Positions 60,701 to 64,000 of a stretch of 64,000 nt of DNA are shown here, one piece after another. The stretch lies in NCBI RefSeq assembly GCF_009914755.1, contig NC_060942.1. One strand, given 5' to 3'. The notes under the pieces were generated by a model, which was given only the letters and a program-made list of their open reading frames with translations, had not been told where the DNA came from and did not search any database. The position numbers were made by a program, and so were the translations under genes. The stretch comes from the human T2T-CHM13v2.0 reference genome, Homo sapiens. The first letter of the stretch is position 1; every line of letters starts with the position of its first letter.

Positions 60701-61503
60701 TGAACTTGCTCCCAGTAAATGAGTCATCTGGGAATGGAAATGTTAATACAGTTGTGTCAATATTGCATGTCAATATTTGACTGAATAAAGGTGACTCTAG
60801 TACAACCACTGTCGTCACAAGGCATCTGAATGGACATTAAGAAGGAGACATGGGGTGAGGGTAGGGACATGTGTCCACCTTTTTCCTCAGTAATTATAAA
60901 ACCTCAGAACTGGAACACTGCATTCCCTTGTGTAACTCCATAAAGCTTTGAAGGTTGTTTTGAATGCATCATTCACAAAACAAATGATTTGAATTGAACT
61001 TCTGACAATAATTTTTAAAAATAAGACTTCTTACTATTCACAAGAATATTACAGATAATATGTAGATAACATAATCATCTGTAATATTAGATTTAGGAAT
61101 TACTTTAGTAGTAAAGAAAACTAAAAATTAAAATTCAGACAGGTTATCTGATATTTATGTATTTGAACATCACAGACAAAATAGCCTTTAAGAATATGTA
61201 AAATGTTGTCCACCAAATTATTGACCAAATATCATATAAGGGAAGGAATGTACCAGATTACATTTACAGTGCCCATGGCATGGTTTTTAAAGAAAATACT
61301 AAGAACATTGCCAGTGTGAAGCAGCCTCAACTTGGTGCCCAGAACAGAGTTAACAATATGAGAATAATGAGTCTTTATGATTTTTCCCCTCAGAAATATA
61401 GAAGATAGTGTCTTTGTAGGAATGAATTATCATCTAACTGGAATAAAATCCTAAAGATCACAAATCCTTGTGTAAAACTGTATCTTTATTTTCTATATCT
61501 CAC

Positions 61504-61566
61504 CTTGCTCTGGCGCTTCCATGCCCATGACAGCATCAGAGGAGGATAGGATGGGGAGAGGGATTT
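61504..61566 (-). pseudogene. Possible further upstream exon of B
   Basis: AATTTTTAG | 63 nt phase 1-1 open (IPLPILSSSDAVMGMEAPEQ) | GTGAGA. Confidence 0.25.
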
Positions 61567-62739
61567 CTAAAAATTGCCAATTAAAAGTAATCCAGCGTCT
61601 TCCAAGTTAAAAGGGTCCTTTCAGGTAAATATTCATTCAATTCCCAGTTCAAATCCCTCTAAGAGGAAAGTTTAAATCATCTTTTTACTTCCTCCCCTCT
61701 TCCCTGTCACTCTCTGTATGTTGGGATCTGGGTGCAAGGGAAGTTACGGCAGCCAAGAAAGACCTGTGGTCTTTATTCTGCCCTTTAGGACATTACTGCA
61801 TCCAGAAAGATGGCACGCTGAGCTCTCTGGCTTTTGCAGCATTGCCTCCCACAGCAAGGTGCATTCACTCCACCATTTTCCCACCAGATCCCAGGTTTCC
61901 CAATTTCTCACCACATCCTCATTCCCCCACAAGGACAAAGGGGCTGCTTAGGATGTCCTATAAGCTGCTCCTGAGTGGTGACAAGTGAGAGTAAAGTCTC
62001 TCTGAAGAATCTCAAACCAAACACCAAGCTACTCGGAAGTGGGAAATGGTGTCACTGGCTCCCTAGGAATAGTCCTCAAACTTATGAGGATATTTTAACT
62101 CTCCCCACTCACCTCCTATGAGTTTCAAACGAAGGAGGTTAGAAGTTGGAATTCTCTCTTTCTCTCTCTCTCTCTCCTTGAATATTCCCACTTCCAAGTC
62201 AACACTAGATGTTCTCCTCCTTTATCTTTCTAGAAGAAACTACCCCTAAGTCACATCCTTCTCCTTCTTTAGGTGGTCTTCAGCCAGAGTTAGAAGGCCA
62301 GAAAGGCTTCAGGAAAAGGAACTGGAATGTGGGGAAGGTAATGCACAAGTGATACATTTTGAATCTGTTATACCTAAATTAGAGCATGCTCAGTGAGCTT
62401 TGAAAGTCTCAAAAATGCACTCAATAAATAGAACTGTAAGTGTCCCTCTATTTTCATGGCTTGGTGTTTCAAAACTGGGGTGTGGCCATCATCATTAGGG
62501 AGGATTCCTCTAGATCTATTGAGAGCAGAGGTCCCTCCCTGGGTCTTGGACATTTAAAGGTTGTAAATTTTTCATTTCCTTGGAAGTTAATCATATTTAC
62601 CCTATCAAAGGATACACCTTTACCAAGAGAGAGCCAGTCTTCAGGAAACTGTCCAATGTGATATGGGAATTTAGTCTCCTAGACTTACCTTGCTATTGAT
62701 GACTGTACCATAAACTTGGTAAAAATTAATTAGGAGGCT

Positions 62740-63330
62740 ACATATAAAATTTCAGATATTACCATTTCTCATTATTTTTAGTTTAAAAATATGGAAAATA
62801 ATATAACAAGCTAAGGCACCCTAGATTTAAAAGCAATTCACCAACTAGGAGAAGATTGCAACATAAATAAAAAACACAAATAACTTTAAATCAATATGAA
62901 AACCACAAACAATATAATAGAAAAACGAGAAAAGGACACTTACATTAGAGGAGGAATTTCAAATAGCCAATAGCATGAAATGACAATTTCACCAATAATT
63001 GGACAATTGCATCCTGTAACAATAATGAGAAACTATTTTTATCTATTTACCTCAGATTAGCAAAACTCGAAAATTTGTCAGTACCAAAGTTGTACAGACC
63101 AGAAATGAAAACACTCGTATACTGTCGGATAATGTGAAAATTACCATCACACTTTAGAAAGTATATGGATGTACAAAAGAAAAGATTGTTAGATATAGAA
63201 TTAATTTTTAAGTTTAAAATGTTGAAAACTAATACAAATCTCTATCAGGAGAGGAGTAGATAATTGTGGTATTGTTATATAATGGAATACAGTAGTCTGC
63301 TAATTTGAATAAATAAGCTCTATAGACATG
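62740..63330 (+). mobile_element. L1ME-type 3' ORF2/UTR remnant
   Basis: AAAAGGACACT...AAATAGCCAATA...CAGATTAGCAAAA...ATAATGGAATAC. Confidence 0.6.
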
Positions 63331-64000
63331 TTTATATGTTTTTATTACAAATGTATTTTAAAATAACACATAGCTACTCATACTTTTACTGATTATAATT
63401 TTTATAAAAATTACATAAATTATTTACAAAACATTCTCTGGAGTTGGAGAGATTGGACTTTGGAGAGGAACAACGGAGATCTTTCCCTGCACTTTAAAGT
63501 AAAAATAATGAACTATTAATAGCTAACAATATAGTAAACTATTATAATCGAGGTTTATAATAAACTGCTTTGTTAGGTTTCTTTAGTCCCTAAAATTTGA
63601 ACTTTCTCCTGCTTTTTAAAACTACTTTTACTTTTGGAAGAATCTAGATCACTGTGATTATTTTCTCATGTTATCATTTAACTATTTTCTCTAGCTCTTG
63701 TATTTTCTCTAGACTGGAAGTTTGGCTTAGAAGTGTGTAAATTGAAGTTAATATTTAGAGAAAAAATATTTTATAGGTAATGGAGTGTGTACACCATATT
63801 GTATCATATCAGGGGACATAACATAATATAATCTAATTATTAGTGATAGTAAATTCACTCACTTTTTGAAAGAGGTAGAAGTCAAGTCTTGCCACTGTGA
63901 AGGTTCATTTTTCTCATTTGTAATTATCAAGTAATGTGTGATGAGATACTTTGACACTACGCACATCTCCTGACGCTATGTACAAATCCAGTCACTTTTC

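Noticed and set aside
62107-62690. Strong minus-strand donors at 62112 (GAG|GTGAGT) and 62688 (AAG|GTAAGT)
   Set aside because: They could be 5' exons of remnant B, but I found no convincing acceptor, ATG or signal peptide to link them.

Overview
AT-rich primate (very probably human) genomic DNA. It is dominated by interspersed repeats: L1 of several ages, L2, L3/CR1, HAL1, MIR, about 10 Alus, MaLR/ERVL LTRs, and hAT and Tigger DNA transposons. I see no intact protein-coding gene, RNA gene or CRISPR array, and nearly all ORFs in the supplied track come from repeats or are noise. The main result, from manual splicing and translation, is two decayed multi-exon gene remnants on the minus strand (candidate unitary pseudogenes). 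(A) About 43.4k to 38.2k: TATA box, short UTR exon, signal-peptide exon (MLLFNTFFFVACLLLVSICTKANE), two phase-compatible basic exons rich in convertase-like sites (one split by an AluSc), a decayed EGF-like exon and weaker downstream exons. (B) About 61.6k to 57.2k: exons resembling the IgGFc-binding-protein (FCGBP) N-terminal domain, followed by a possible C-type-lectin-like exon. There are also several structurally odd L1 events and a very young AluY. Family and subfamily calls are from memory and pattern recognition, not from database searches, and most old-repeat boundaries are approximate.
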